DNA of 32,000 bases from the NCBI GenBank assembly GCA_023898425.1, contig CP060222.1, forward strand, positions 1 through 32,000, given 5' to 3'. The first letter of the stretch is position 1. The number at the start of each line of letters is the position of its first letter. Shown here piece by piece: positions 1 to 7,433 of the stretch. Origin of the DNA: Candidatus Saccharimonadota bacterium. GTDB lineage: Bacteria > Patescibacteriota > Patescibacteriia > 2-12-FULL-60-25. Both the position numbers and the translations under genes were made by a program. The notes beneath the pieces were generated by a model. It worked only from the letters and a program-made list of their open reading frames with translations. It was not told the origin of the DNA and made no database searches.

Positions 1-1490
1 GAATAGTTCGTTGTATTGTTAAACGTGATTACAGGAAAACTCTTACTCAATAAGACATTGCCGTAATTATCTTTGATATAGCCTTGGTATTGAGCAGTTG
101 TCTGACCACCTGATTTGGTAACGTTTTCTGTGAGATAGCAGTTCGTCGTGTTTGTACAAATCGCACGCATGCTGCCATTTTGATCGTAGATCTCTAAACG
201 ATAGCTTGTGCTTGGAGCATTCGTAAGTTGCAAGTTAAAGCCAACGCTTTCGCCGTTTGTAATGTACGATTTACTTGCGCTTGTTGTGAGTTGGTAGTTG
301 TTATTGATGTTGTTAATGCTAATACGTGAGCTGTAGGCAGCAGGGATTTGTTCATTGTTATCGTTTTTCACGATGACGTAAAAACGTTCGCTGTTTGAGC
401 CATTCACTGCATTGATTTGGGCCGTATAGGTACAAGTACGAGCGTCATAGCAAGTGTAAAGGAGAGTATTGTCGCGTTCGCGGTAGAACTCCATACGTAA
501 CTGATTATCAGCTACGGTTACATTTGTTACGGTCGCTGTAAGAATCACGGACTCACCATTGTTTACATTTGTTTTGTTGGTCTGAAGATTTGATGATCCT
601 GAAGAGAATGTTCCGTTTGAATAACCGTTAAAGTAAATCACCTGTGAGTATTCACGCGCCATCTCTTGATTATCAGAAGTGCGTTTCAATACCATAAAGT
701 ATTGGACCGTGTTTTGATTGGTAGTATTACGATAAGGACGAACAGTCGTATCACAATACGTTGTATTATCGCATGAACGAATACTAGAGCCGTTACGCGT
801 GTCCTTGATCTCTAAGCGGTAGCTATAGGATGGTACGTTAAAGACGCGGCCGCTAAGTGTGATGGATTCACCTTCGTTAATCGAATTACGGTCTGTTGTA
901 AGCGTGACTGTTGATGGATTATTTGGGTATGTTGGATAATCTGGGAAAGGATTATTTGGTGTACCGTTGTTAAATATCGTATCGCTTGGATTGCTTACAC
1001 CATTGTATTCGTTTGAAACATTGTAATCGGAAAAGGAGTATAGCGCGCTACCCATTTTGTAATTCGTAAAAAATGTATCTGGTAGGTCATGAACTTGTTT
1101 TGCCCAATTATATCCGTACAAGTTAGATGCTACAGATTCTGAAGCGATAAGACGCAAGTAACCACCTTTTGAAACAGCATAGGTACGTGGGTCGGTGTTG
1201 ATCTTAAGAAGCTTTGCGCCTGGGCGATAGGTGACGTTGCCACCGATCGTTATGGATGAAAGTTCTTGATCGCTAATAATCTTTACCTGAGAAAAATCAG
1301 AGAACCAAGAATAATACGTTCCTTCGGTAGGAAAAACATAACGTTTGCCGTCCGTTGCATACCAATAGACAGCGCTATTAGAAACGCCTTTGATGGCAGA
1401 ATTAGTAGATATAGAGGCTGCCGAAGCTGGGGCTTTTGGCGCAGCGATCGCAACAACTAAGAGCGCGATAGCAAGAAAACGTGTTTTCAT
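1..1490 (-). CDS. Secreted repeat-domain surface protein, 3' end cut by window edge (first ~496 aa present)
   Basis: Absent from the ORF track because it runs off the left edge. The minus-strand ATG at 1490-1488 gives MKTRFLAIALLVVAIAAPKAPASAASIS (signal peptide). I scanned the frame by hand over 1-660 and translated 1020-1490 and found no stops; 661-1019 was only read quickly. An N-terminal module (YWYATDGKRYVFP..TYYSWFSDFSQVKIISDQEL..RPGAKLLKINTDPRTYAVSKGG..LYGYNWAKQVHDLPDTFFTNY) is followed by three ~100-aa tandem domains with GES(I/V)xL and paired Cys. Confidence 0.75.
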   Translation of the reverse strand, partial: MKTRFLAIALLVVAIAAPKAPASAASISTNSAIKGVSNSAVYWYATDGKRYVFPTEGTYYSWFSDFSQVKIISDQELSSITIGGNVTYRPGAKLLKINTDPRTYAVSKGGYLRLIASESVASNLYGYNWAKQVHDLPDTFFTNYKMGSALYSFSDYNVSNEYNGVSNPSDTIFNNGTPNNPFPDYPTYPNNPSTVTLTTDRNSINEGESITLSGRVFNVPSYSYRLEIKDTRNGSSIRSCDNTTYCDTTVRPYRNTTNQNTVQYFMVLKRTSDNQEMAREYSQVIYFNGYSNGTFSSGSSNLQTNKTNVNNGESVILTATVTNVTVADNQLRMEFYRERDNTLLYTCYDARTCTYTAQINAVNGSNSERFYVIVKNDNNEQIPAAYSSRISINNINNNYQLTTSASKSYITNGESVGFNLQLTNAPSTSYRLEIYDQNGSMRAICTNTTNCYLTENVTKSGGQTTAQYQGYIKDNYGNVLLSKSFPVITFNNTTNY

Positions 1491-1579
1491 AGTCATATGA
1501 GTATTGTATGCATAAAATAAGGATTTCGTCAAAGAGCTCGTTGTTCAAATGTGAGCTATTTTGCTATTCTTTGCAACGT

Positions 1580-2155
1580 ATGAAGAAGCAAATGCTGACA
1601 GTTGGTATCGTATTAATGAGCCTCACTTTTGGCTGGGCTTTTTTACGTTACGGCTATTATATTGGGTTTACGCCAACAGAATTTGCCTTAGCTCGTATGG
1701 ATGACGGAGAAAAGCGTCTTGCACTCACCAAGGCGCCAACGGGTGAGGTGGTTGTAACCGAGCTTACAACCGAGCAAAAACAAGCAGAAAATAACTACTC
1801 CATCGAGGTATTAAGTGAGGGGATACCAGAGCGTATAGCAAACTTCACTTCTGCTGACGATACTTCTGTAGAAGGCATGGTAAGAATTGTAAGCTATAAT
1901 CAATTACTTTATGTTGTTTTTGATGAAAGCGTCACTCTTACGCCTGCACCTACGTTGCGTGTGTACCTAACGAAGAATGGAACAGGCACTTTTGGTGACA
2001 ATCAAAATAATACGGTTGATTTAGGCGAGCTTAAATCAGCACGCGGGACTCAAGTATACGAGATCCCATCTACGCTCACGCTCGATGAGATCAAGTCTAT
2101 CGATATTGTAAATGTGCCGTATCAGCTCACCTTGGCAAATGCTGTTATCAATTGA
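1580..2155 (+). CDS. Membrane-anchored DM13-domain-like protein
   Basis: ORF 1508-2155; I prefer the ATG at 1580 (MKKQMLTVGIVLMSLTFGWAFL, a TM anchor). The C-terminal pattern GMVRIV..VVFDESVTLTPAPTLRVYLTKNG..VDLGELKSARGTQVYEIPSTLTLDEIKSIDIVNVPYQLTLANAVI matches my memory of the DM13 consensus (PDLrVYL ... LG.LK...G.Q.YeIP ... F.v.Fa.A.L). Confidence 0.6.
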   Translation: MKKQMLTVGIVLMSLTFGWAFLRYGYYIGFTPTEFALARMDDGEKRLALTKAPTGEVVVTELTTEQKQAENNYSIEVLSEGIPERIANFTSADDTSVEGMVRIVSYNQLLYVVFDESVTLTPAPTLRVYLTKNGTGTFGDNQNNTVDLGELKSARGTQVYEIPSTLTLDEIKSIDIVNVPYQLTLANAVIN

Positions 2156-2197
2156 CCAGATTTAAAGTCCGCGCTACCGTGCTGGCACAACAAAAGA

Positions 2198-2284
2198 GCT
2201 GGGATGGCGAAATTGGCAGACGCACTAGGCTTAGGACCTAGCGACCGCAAGGTTATGAGGGTTCAAGTCCCTCTCCCAGCACCA
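2198..2284 (+). tRNA. tRNA-Leu (anticodon UAG), genomically encoded CCA
   Basis: The cloverleaf folds by hand. Acceptor GCTGGGA/TCCCAGC; anticodon stem CTAGG/CCTAG with loop CTTAGGA (anticodon TAG); long variable arm (class II tRNA); T arm GAGGG-TTCAAGT-CCCTC; discriminator A followed by CCA. Confidence 0.9.
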
Positions 2285-2319
2285 CGTAAAAACCGCAGGA
2301 AAAACCTGCGGTTTTTACG
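2285..2319 (+). terminator. Intrinsic terminator after tRNA-Leu
   Basis: Perfect 15-bp inverted repeat cgtaaaaaccgcagg/cctgcggtttttacg with loop aaaaa. The GC core ccgcagg/cctgcgg is followed by a T5 run. Confidence 0.7.
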
Positions 2320-2345
2320 TGGTGTTCACGTGGCGCGCCGTTTTT

Positions 2346-2372
2346 AAAACCACAGGATTTCCTGTGGTTTTT
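2346..2372 (-). terminator. Hairpin terminator downstream of minus-strand gene 2385-2690
   Basis: ccacagg-attt-cctgtgg flanked by A and T runs. Read on the minus strand, the stem is followed by TTTT. Confidence 0.6.
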
Positions 2373-2384
2373 GTAATCAACAAA

Positions 2385-2690
2385 CTAGTTTGTTGATGCA
2401 GGAGTAACCTTTAACGCATCAACTTTGGCTTCAATACGTTCGAGGCGCTCAACGATATTTTGGATTTCTGGTTTGAGATCAGGTCTTTCTTGAGCAGGGC
2501 GAGCTGGAAATCCTTTTGCCATCGCAGAAAGCGAAATGCCGGTAAATGAAAACACGATGGCTAGTACAGCGATCCACATAACAGCAGCTGTAGGAATATG
2601 GCTTTCGGATTTCTTTTTAACGATAACGGGTGCTGCAGATTTTGAGGCAACAGCCTTAGGTTTTTTGGAGGTGCGTTTTGTTGTGGGCAT
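2385..2690 (-). CDS. Small single-pass membrane protein with basic N-terminus and C-terminal helical region (hypothetical)
   Basis: The track ORF 2385-2774 is trimmed to the ATG at 2690 (MPTTKRTSKKPK...), because the longer N-terminus is the terminator hairpin at 2757-2776. TM segment AAVMWIAVLAIVFSFTGISLSAMA. Confidence 0.55.
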   Translation of the reverse strand: MPTTKRTSKKPKAVASKSAAPVIVKKKSESHIPTAAVMWIAVLAIVFSFTGISLSAMAKGFPARPAQERPDLKPEIQNIVERLERIEAKVDALKVTPASTN

Positions 2691-2752
2691 AAAAGAGCTA
2701 TATAAAGATGAATCTATTATAGCATAATTTCGTTTTTTATTTATGCACAAAC

Positions 2753-2781
2753 AAAAACATGCCCCGAAGGGCATGTTTTTT
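2753..2781. terminator. Bidirectional hairpin terminator (serves gene 2792-3124)
   Basis: acatgccc-cgaa-gggcatgt flanked by A5 and T6. Confidence 0.7.
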
Positions 2782-2791
2782 AAGCGTGATA

Positions 2792-3124
2792 TTAGTTTGT
2801 GTCATTGAGTTCAGAGAGATCTACATCTTCTCCTTTAGCGAAAGTGTTAGGGTCTAGGGGCTTATCGCCAACTTCATGGATTGGACCTGATGTCTCTATC
2901 ATAGCGTTAATATCTCCAGATGCTGATTTAGCATTGGTAATAGCTTTTTGCCAAGAATCTTCTTCGTGCAAGTCGTGAATATCTTTAAGCGATTCGTTCA
3001 CTTCTGGTGATGTTTCGCCGGTATTTGGCTCTATTGCATTGATATTTGCTGCCTGGGCTTGACTGAGTGTTTTCATGGTTTCACCAACAGGTTTTGGGAT
3101 TCTGTTCATTGCTTGTTCATTCAT
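2792..3124 (-). CDS. Small acidic hypothetical protein (110 aa)
   Basis: Intact ORF with an ATG start, followed by the hairpin terminator. No motif recognised. Confidence 0.5.
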   Translation of the reverse strand: MNEQAMNRIPKPVGETMKTLSQAQAANINAIEPNTGETSPEVNESLKDIHDLHEEDSWQKAITNAKSASGDINAMIETSGPIHEVGDKPLDPNTFAKGEDVDLSELNDTN

Positions 3125-3298
3125 AGTATTTTTTGCTTGTTATTTATTTGTACGGCACTTGATTTATAATCATATAATATCACAAAAATGGCATTTTGTC
3201 AATCTATATAAAACATCTATAACTAGCTAAAAACTTGACATTTTTATAAATTAATGGTATTCACTTAGAGTCCTTTTGCAGCGTATTGGAGGTAGACC

Positions 3299-3754
3299 AT
3301 GGGTATCTTGCTCAAATTTCGTCCACGGCAAACAGATCCTTGGGATGCATTTCTGAAGATCGTTAATAATCCTGTAACGTTCGACGTTATTGGGATGGTA
3401 GATCTCAGTCATTCACCTGAGCGTAAGCACGATGAATCCGTTACGGGCGCTGACTTGCTCTTTAAAACATCAGCATCTCATGCGGAGCTTGAAGAGCTTT
3501 GCGAACAACGCAAACAATTAAGTGTTGTTTGGGAGTTTTCTCTTGAACGCATGGACCTTAAGAAGTCGGCAGGGAGGATTCATAGCCTCACCGTTGGTAA
3601 GCAAGGTCTTTTGGTCCGGCTTCATTTTGTTAGAGATTTCGATCTCCATTTGCCAAGTAAAATAAAGGCAGAGCACCTACCTCGATCATTTCTTGCAAGA
3701 GTAGTAGGAGCGCAAGACAGAATTTGTCTTTCGCTCGCTAACAGCTCTTGTTGA
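3299..3754 (+). CDS. Hypothetical protein (151 aa)
   Basis: Intact ORF. A strong SD (GGAGG at 3288-3292) sits 6 nt before the ATG. A hairpin plus T-run lies at about 3779-3805. Confidence 0.6.
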   Translation: MGILLKFRPRQTDPWDAFLKIVNNPVTFDVIGMVDLSHSPERKHDESVTGADLLFKTSASHAELEELCEQRKQLSVVWEFSLERMDLKKSAGRIHSLTVGKQGLLVRLHFVRDFDLHLPSKIKAEHLPRSFLARVVGAQDRICLSLANSSC

Positions 3755-3865
3755 ATGTTATCCTTTTCAGATTCTCTACCGCCTGGCTCGTCTGGGCGGC
3801 TTTTTCATTGACGAAAACATTGATTTAGAACAATGATAGCAAAAGTTCTTTGCAAAGAGGTGACC

Positions 3866-4390
3866 ATGACAAATCCATCCGAAGATGATGTAGGAGACAA
3901 TAGGGTAAATCGACCCAGCTACTTTTTGTTAAAACAAAAGCCTTGGCAAATCCTTCATCACATTATCGATGAAGGCAAGGGTGTGGAGCTACTCTCTGTG
4001 AAACGTATTATACAGAGACGTGATCATAACCTCTTTCGGTATTGGAAGTGTTTTGATGAAGATGGGCAGGGGATAGAATTACAGCTCCTTCTTCGAACGA
4101 ATGTTTATCAAGACGAAGACTTTGAGAATTGGATCAATACTTCATCTTCTGATGCTAATGAATGGCTCGCGCTATGTATACGTAATGATAGCGCATGGGT
4201 ATGTGGGCCAATTGTAGCATTCAAGAAGCATGAAGAAGGTGTAGTGATCCATATCTATCTATTCGTTCATGATAGAGAGTTGCCGCCAAACCCTGCGGTG
4301 AAAAACTTTCAACTTAATCGCGTGCTCATAAAATTTGGTTCCGAATTGAAAACGCGTAAAACTGTTTATGCAAACACTTCTTCTGTATAA
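3866..4390 (+). CDS. Hypothetical protein (174 aa)
   Basis: Track ORF 3833-4390. The ATG at 3866 is preferred because AGAGGTG lies 5 nt upstream. A terminator follows directly. Confidence 0.55.
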   Translation: MTNPSEDDVGDNRVNRPSYFLLKQKPWQILHHIIDEGKGVELLSVKRIIQRRDHNLFRYWKCFDEDGQGIELQLLLRTNVYQDEDFENWINTSSSDANEWLALCIRNDSAWVCGPIVAFKKHEEGVVIHIYLFVHDRELPPNPAVKNFQLNRVLIKFGSELKTRKTVYANTSSV

Positions 4391-4413
4391 CCGCCTCGAT
4401 GAGGCGGTTTTTT
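4391..4413 (+). terminator. Intrinsic terminator
   Basis: ccgcctc-gat-gaggcgg followed by T6. Confidence 0.8.
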
Positions 4414-4420
4414 AATGGCA

Positions 4421-4445
4421 AAAGACCTCCAAGGAGGAGGTCTTG
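4421..4445 (-). terminator. Intrinsic terminator of the SIR2 gene 4452-5192
   Basis: agacctcc/ggaggtct hairpin, followed by a T-run on the minus strand. Confidence 0.65.
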
Positions 4446-4451
4446 CAGAAG

Positions 4452-5192
4452 TTATGAGAAAATCAATGGGATGATTTCTTCGAGGGATTGCTCAATAGCA
4501 ACCGTTAGAATATGTGCTGTACTCGGCTTAATGATGGGGTTTAACTCTATGGCGACTTTTCCGGAGTTACGCACCATCTCTACGAGGCCATGTGTGTCGA
4601 GAGTATTACTATTTGCTCCAATGAGGATGAGACCGTCACAGTGGGTGATAGCATGAGTAATAGCTGGGTAGACTAGGATATCGTCTTCAAACAGCGCGAT
4701 ATCATGCTTTAAGCCGCCACGACACATAGGACAGCTTTTTATGTTCAGTTGTGCGGGTAAGCTGTGGTTACAACTTAGGCATCGCCAACGATGAATACAG
4801 CCAAAAACTTCAATAGTTTCTGAACCGGCTTTTGTGTGTAGTCCGTCTACATTTTGCGTGATGAGATAGGGGTTACCGCCATCTTGCTTTACGCGAGACA
4901 GGTAGCTCGCGATCGCATAATGAATACTGTTTGGTTTTGCATATCTCATCGCAAAGCGTTCTCTTTCGAAGTACTCAAAAATACTTTTTGTATTTGCATG
5001 AACGAATTCTTTGCGAGAAATGTCGCCGCAATCGCACTGATCCCAGAATCCAATCGGACCCTGAAAATGAGAAAGCCCACTTGGTATGGAGACACCAGAA
5101 CCCGTTAGTATGAGTGGATGTCTTAGTAAGCTTATCTCCCTTTTTGCTTTTGCATGGAGGGCGTCAGCTCTTCTTTGGTAACGTTTTAGCAT
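4452..5192 (-). CDS. Divergent SIR2-family protein with non-canonical active site
   Basis: SIR2 landmarks are present: LILTGSGVSIPSGLSHFQG (canonical GAGxSxxSGIPxFR), LITQNVDGLH, and a Zn ribbon CLSC...CPMC. The HG catalytic motif reads EVFGCIHRWRCLSC. AGGAGG SD upstream. Confidence 0.8.
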   Translation of the reverse strand: MLKRYQRRADALHAKAKREISLLRHPLILTGSGVSIPSGLSHFQGPIGFWDQCDCGDISRKEFVHANTKSIFEYFERERFAMRYAKPNSIHYAIASYLSRVKQDGGNPYLITQNVDGLHTKAGSETIEVFGCIHRWRCLSCNHSLPAQLNIKSCPMCRGGLKHDIALFEDDILVYPAITHAITHCDGLILIGANSNTLDTHGLVEMVRNSGKVAIELNPIIKPSTAHILTVAIEQSLEEIIPLIFS

Positions 5193-5255
5193 GAGTACCT
5201 CCTGAAAGTGCTAAAATAAATGTAGCAAAATTAGGAAAAGCGTCAATCCAACAAT

Positions 5256-5292
5256 AATAAAAATAAGCAGATCGACTCTGCTTATTTTTATT
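5256..5292. terminator. AT-rich hairpin terminator downstream of gene 5297-5857
   Basis: Perfect 15-bp inverted repeat aataaaaataagcag/ctgcttatttttatt with a 7-nt loop. Confidence 0.6.
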
Positions 5293-5296
5293 ATGC

Positions 5297-5857
5297 TTAA
5301 GCGGCTTTTTTGATATCAGGTGTTTCTTCATCAGAGACTTCTTGCGCTTCTGCTGTCATGTCAGGAATTTCTTCTAGATCCGAGCTTTCAAGCTTTACAG
5401 TGCCATCATCCATCACTTCTCTTGCATGCGCTGTCATGTCAGGAATTTCTTCTAGATCAGCACTTTCAAGTTTTATACTACCGTCATCCAGGATTTCGCG
5501 GGCATGCGCTGTCATATCTGGGACTTCTTCAAGGTCTTCGCTATCAAGAGCGATTGTTTCACCAGCGTTGATTGCGGCAAGAATGCGCTTTTGAGCAGCT
5601 TCATCTGATTCGGTTGCTTGTTTATTTAGGTTCACGAGACGAGTATTGTTTTCTTTCGTTGCAAGAAGATCTTGCAATGAGGGGCGTTTAGCGGTGTCAG
5701 CGGCTGCGACTTCGCGTGCATTTTCGACAAGTTTTGCATCCGTTGGCATGTCCGTTGAAAATGGTTGATCAAGCTTTAAAAAATCTGGCTTATTCTTTAC
5801 TGAAGCTGGAAGATCTTCTTCGTTAAATGGCTCACTGATTTTGTCGAATTGGCCCAT
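5297..5857 (-). CDS. Acidic tandem-repeat protein (hypothetical)
   Basis: The track ORF starts at a TTG (5887); the first ATG is at 5857 (MGQFDKISEPF). The C-terminal half carries three 26-aa repeats DLEE(V/I)PDMTA(H/E)A(R/Q)E..DDG(S/T)(I/V)KLES. Confidence 0.6.
   Translation of the reverse strand: MGQFDKISEPFNEEDLPASVKNKPDFLKLDQPFSTDMPTDAKLVENAREVAAADTAKRPSLQDLLATKENNTRLVNLNKQATESDEAAQKRILAAINAGETIALDSEDLEEVPDMTAHAREILDDGSIKLESADLEEIPDMTAHAREVMDDGTVKLESSDLEEIPDMTAEAQEVSDEETPDIKKAA
5330..5563 (-). repeat. Three tandem 78-bp coding repeats
   Basis: The anchor gctgtcatgtcaggaatttcttctagatc occurs at 5352 and 5430, with a diverged copy at 5508. The period is exactly 78 bp, which keeps the frame. 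Confidence 0.85.
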
Positions 5858-5932
5858 AGATAGTTGAGATATTAAATAAATAGACAATAAAAGTTTAGCT
5901 TAAGCGTAGGTATCTTGCTATAGCGGTGAATA

Positions 5933-5961
5933 TTGACAAAATGCATAATATAGTATATATT
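5933..5961 (+). promoter_or_regulatory. Sigma70-type promoter for the 5997-7197 operon
   Basis: TTGACA (5933-5938), a 17-nt spacer, then TATATT (5956-5961). AAAGGAGG SD at 5983-5990 precedes the ATG at 5997. Confidence 0.65.
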
Positions 5962-5996
5962 AGCCATCGTTCACAGCACCTTGAAAGGAGGTTGCA

Positions 5997-6440
5997 ATGG
6001 TCATTGATTTTGCCAGCCGGAGAGATCCAGCTGAAAACAGGCTCTCACTGTTGCGACGCTGGTTTGGTTCGTGCGAATCTGCGCATTACCTGCACAGCCG
6101 CGTACTCAGAGATGAGGATGGAAGTAACTACCTCATCGTTCACGTGACGCTAAAGTCACCACTTCACCAAGAGGTCGACTTTGTCGGCGATGACTGGAAG
6201 GATCTTTTCATCGCCAAAGAAATCCGCTTCGGATTTATCATGACTGATGCGGCCGTCATCGACTGTCGCCCGATTTGGGCGACGAAGCATCCCGATTATA
6301 TGGAGCTCGTCTGTCTCGTGAGAGATCAGACCAAGACCAACGGATCTGCAACATTCATCGCACCAAAGATGATGTTCTTGGCGGATGATAAGCATGCTAC
6401 TCACCAGGTGCCTGTCGTGGAGGATCATTCCCATGAATAG
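5997..6440 (+). CDS. Hypothetical protein (147 aa), translationally coupled to cobB-like sirtuin
   Basis: Intact ORF with strong SD. Its stop at 6438-6440 overlaps the ATG (6433) of the downstream sirtuin by 8 nt. GC-rich like its partner. Confidence 0.65.
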   Translation: MVIDFASRRDPAENRLSLLRRWFGSCESAHYLHSRVLRDEDGSNYLIVHVTLKSPLHQEVDFVGDDWKDLFIAKEIRFGFIMTDAAVIDCRPIWATKHPDYMELVCLVRDQTKTNGSATFIAPKMMFLADDKHATHQVPVVEDHSHE

Positions 6441-7197
6441 CACTGATATCGCGCGAGCACGTGATGCCATTTTGGCAGCGCGTGACGTTGTCTTTCTCAC
6501 CGGCGCCGGTATTTCGGCGGCGAGTGGTGTCCCGGTCTTTCGAGGCTCGGGCATCGTGTGGGAAGGCAAGCAAGCAACGGAGCTCGCAAACGCAAAGGCG
6601 TTTGCTGCAGATCCAATGCTCGTTTGGTCGTGGTATTTGCATCGTCGTCAGGTGGTTGCAAATGCTAGCCCAAATGCAGCACACCAAGCGATCACTGCTT
6701 GGCAGCCCTGCGAAGGCGCGATGAAGTGGTTATTGACGCAAAACGTCGATGACCTCCATGAACGCTCTGGTAGCAAAGACGTGACACATGTCCATGGCGA
6801 CCTTTGGTTCAATCGCTGCACCAAATGCGGCAAGCAACGCGAAGACCGGTCGCTCCATTTCGATGAAGTGCCTCGGTCACCTTGTTGCGACGAACTCGAG
6901 CGTCCTGCTATCATTTGGTTCGGAGAAACGATCTCTGAAAACGAATGGGGGATGATGAACTCCGCGGCAGGCTTTGCCGATGTCATCATCGTCATTGGTT
7001 CTAGCGGTGTTGTCACAACATCCGTTAGGTTCATTGAGCGTGCACGACGGGCAAAAGCCATCGCTAACAAGCTCAAAATGTTTCAGACTCAACGCGATCT
7101 GACCGTTATCAACGTAAATCTAGAAGACTCGTTGATTAACGCAGATATCGTTCTACGCGATAGAGCAGAAGTGATTCTGCCAGAGCTTCTTCAGTGA
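6433..7197 (+). CDS. cobB: NAD-dependent protein deacylase, CobB/Sir2 family
   Basis: FLTGAGISAASGVPVFRG, LLTQNVDDLHERSG, HVHGDLWFNRCTKC, RPAIIWFGE and VIGSSGVV form a canonical sirtuin motif set. Start chosen at MNSTDIA (6433), with GGAGGA 8 nt upstream. Confidence 0.9.
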   Translation: MNSTDIARARDAILAARDVVFLTGAGISAASGVPVFRGSGIVWEGKQATELANAKAFAADPMLVWSWYLHRRQVVANASPNAAHQAITAWQPCEGAMKWLLTQNVDDLHERSGSKDVTHVHGDLWFNRCTKCGKQREDRSLHFDEVPRSPCCDELERPAIIWFGETISENEWGMMNSAAGFADVIIVIGSSGVVTTSVRFIERARRAKAIANKLKMFQTQRDLTVINVNLEDSLINADIVLRDRAEVILPELLQ

Positions 7198-7218
7198 AGA
7201 ACGCCCAACTAAAAAAAG

Positions 7219-7250
7219 CCCCACGCCAGTTCTATGGTGTGGGGTATTTT
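7219..7250. terminator. Bidirectional terminator between convergent cobB and the minus-strand operon
   Basis: ccccacgcc-agttctat-ggtgtgggg, flanked by A7 on the left and tatttt on the right. Confidence 0.7.
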
Positions 7251-7254
7251 GTTT

Positions 7255-7431
7255 CTACTTTTTCTTGTTTAAAAAATCTCGGAGGTTGTTGAGAGTTGCT
7301 TCTTCGTCTACGCCCATGTCAATTTCATGAAATTTTGTGTCTTTTTCATCCGTACCGTCTTTTGTGATGAAGCGGCCCTCCATTGCTTTATTATCATCGA
7401 GATTCTGTGTCGTTGTTTTTGGTGTTTCCAT
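7255..7431 (-). CDS. Small acidic ORF (58 aa), last gene of the minus-strand operon
   Basis: Hand-translated as METPKTTTQNLDDNKAMEGRFITKDGTDEKDTKFHEIDMGVDEEATLNNLRDFLNKKK. The ATG at 7431 lies 2 nt after the upstream stop (7434-7436), and the terminator follows. It falls below the track length cutoff. Confidence 0.45.
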   Translation of the reverse strand: METPKTTTQNLDDNKAMEGRFITKDGTDEKDTKFHEIDMGVDEEATLNNLRDFLNKKK

Positions 7432-7433
7432 AG

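Noticed and set aside
2691-2774. N-terminal extension of track ORF 2385-2774
   Set aside because: Its first codons are the terminator hairpin of the upstream gene. The internal ATG at 2690 gives a sensible basic N-terminus.
3299-6440. Shared N-terminal motif between the 151-aa and 147-aa orphans that neighbour the two sirtuins (KF-RPRQT-DP vs DF-ASRR-DP)
   Set aside because: It needs a gap, covers only about 4 identical residues, and has no further collinearity. It is too weak to claim homology.
6156-7092. Antisense or off-frame ORFs in the track (6156-6569, 6397-6687, 6461-6724, 6648-7076, 6877-7092) and the 6385 start for cobB
   Set aside because: High GC suppresses stop codons on all frames here. 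The sirtuin motifs identify the true frame, and the SD supports the start at 6433.
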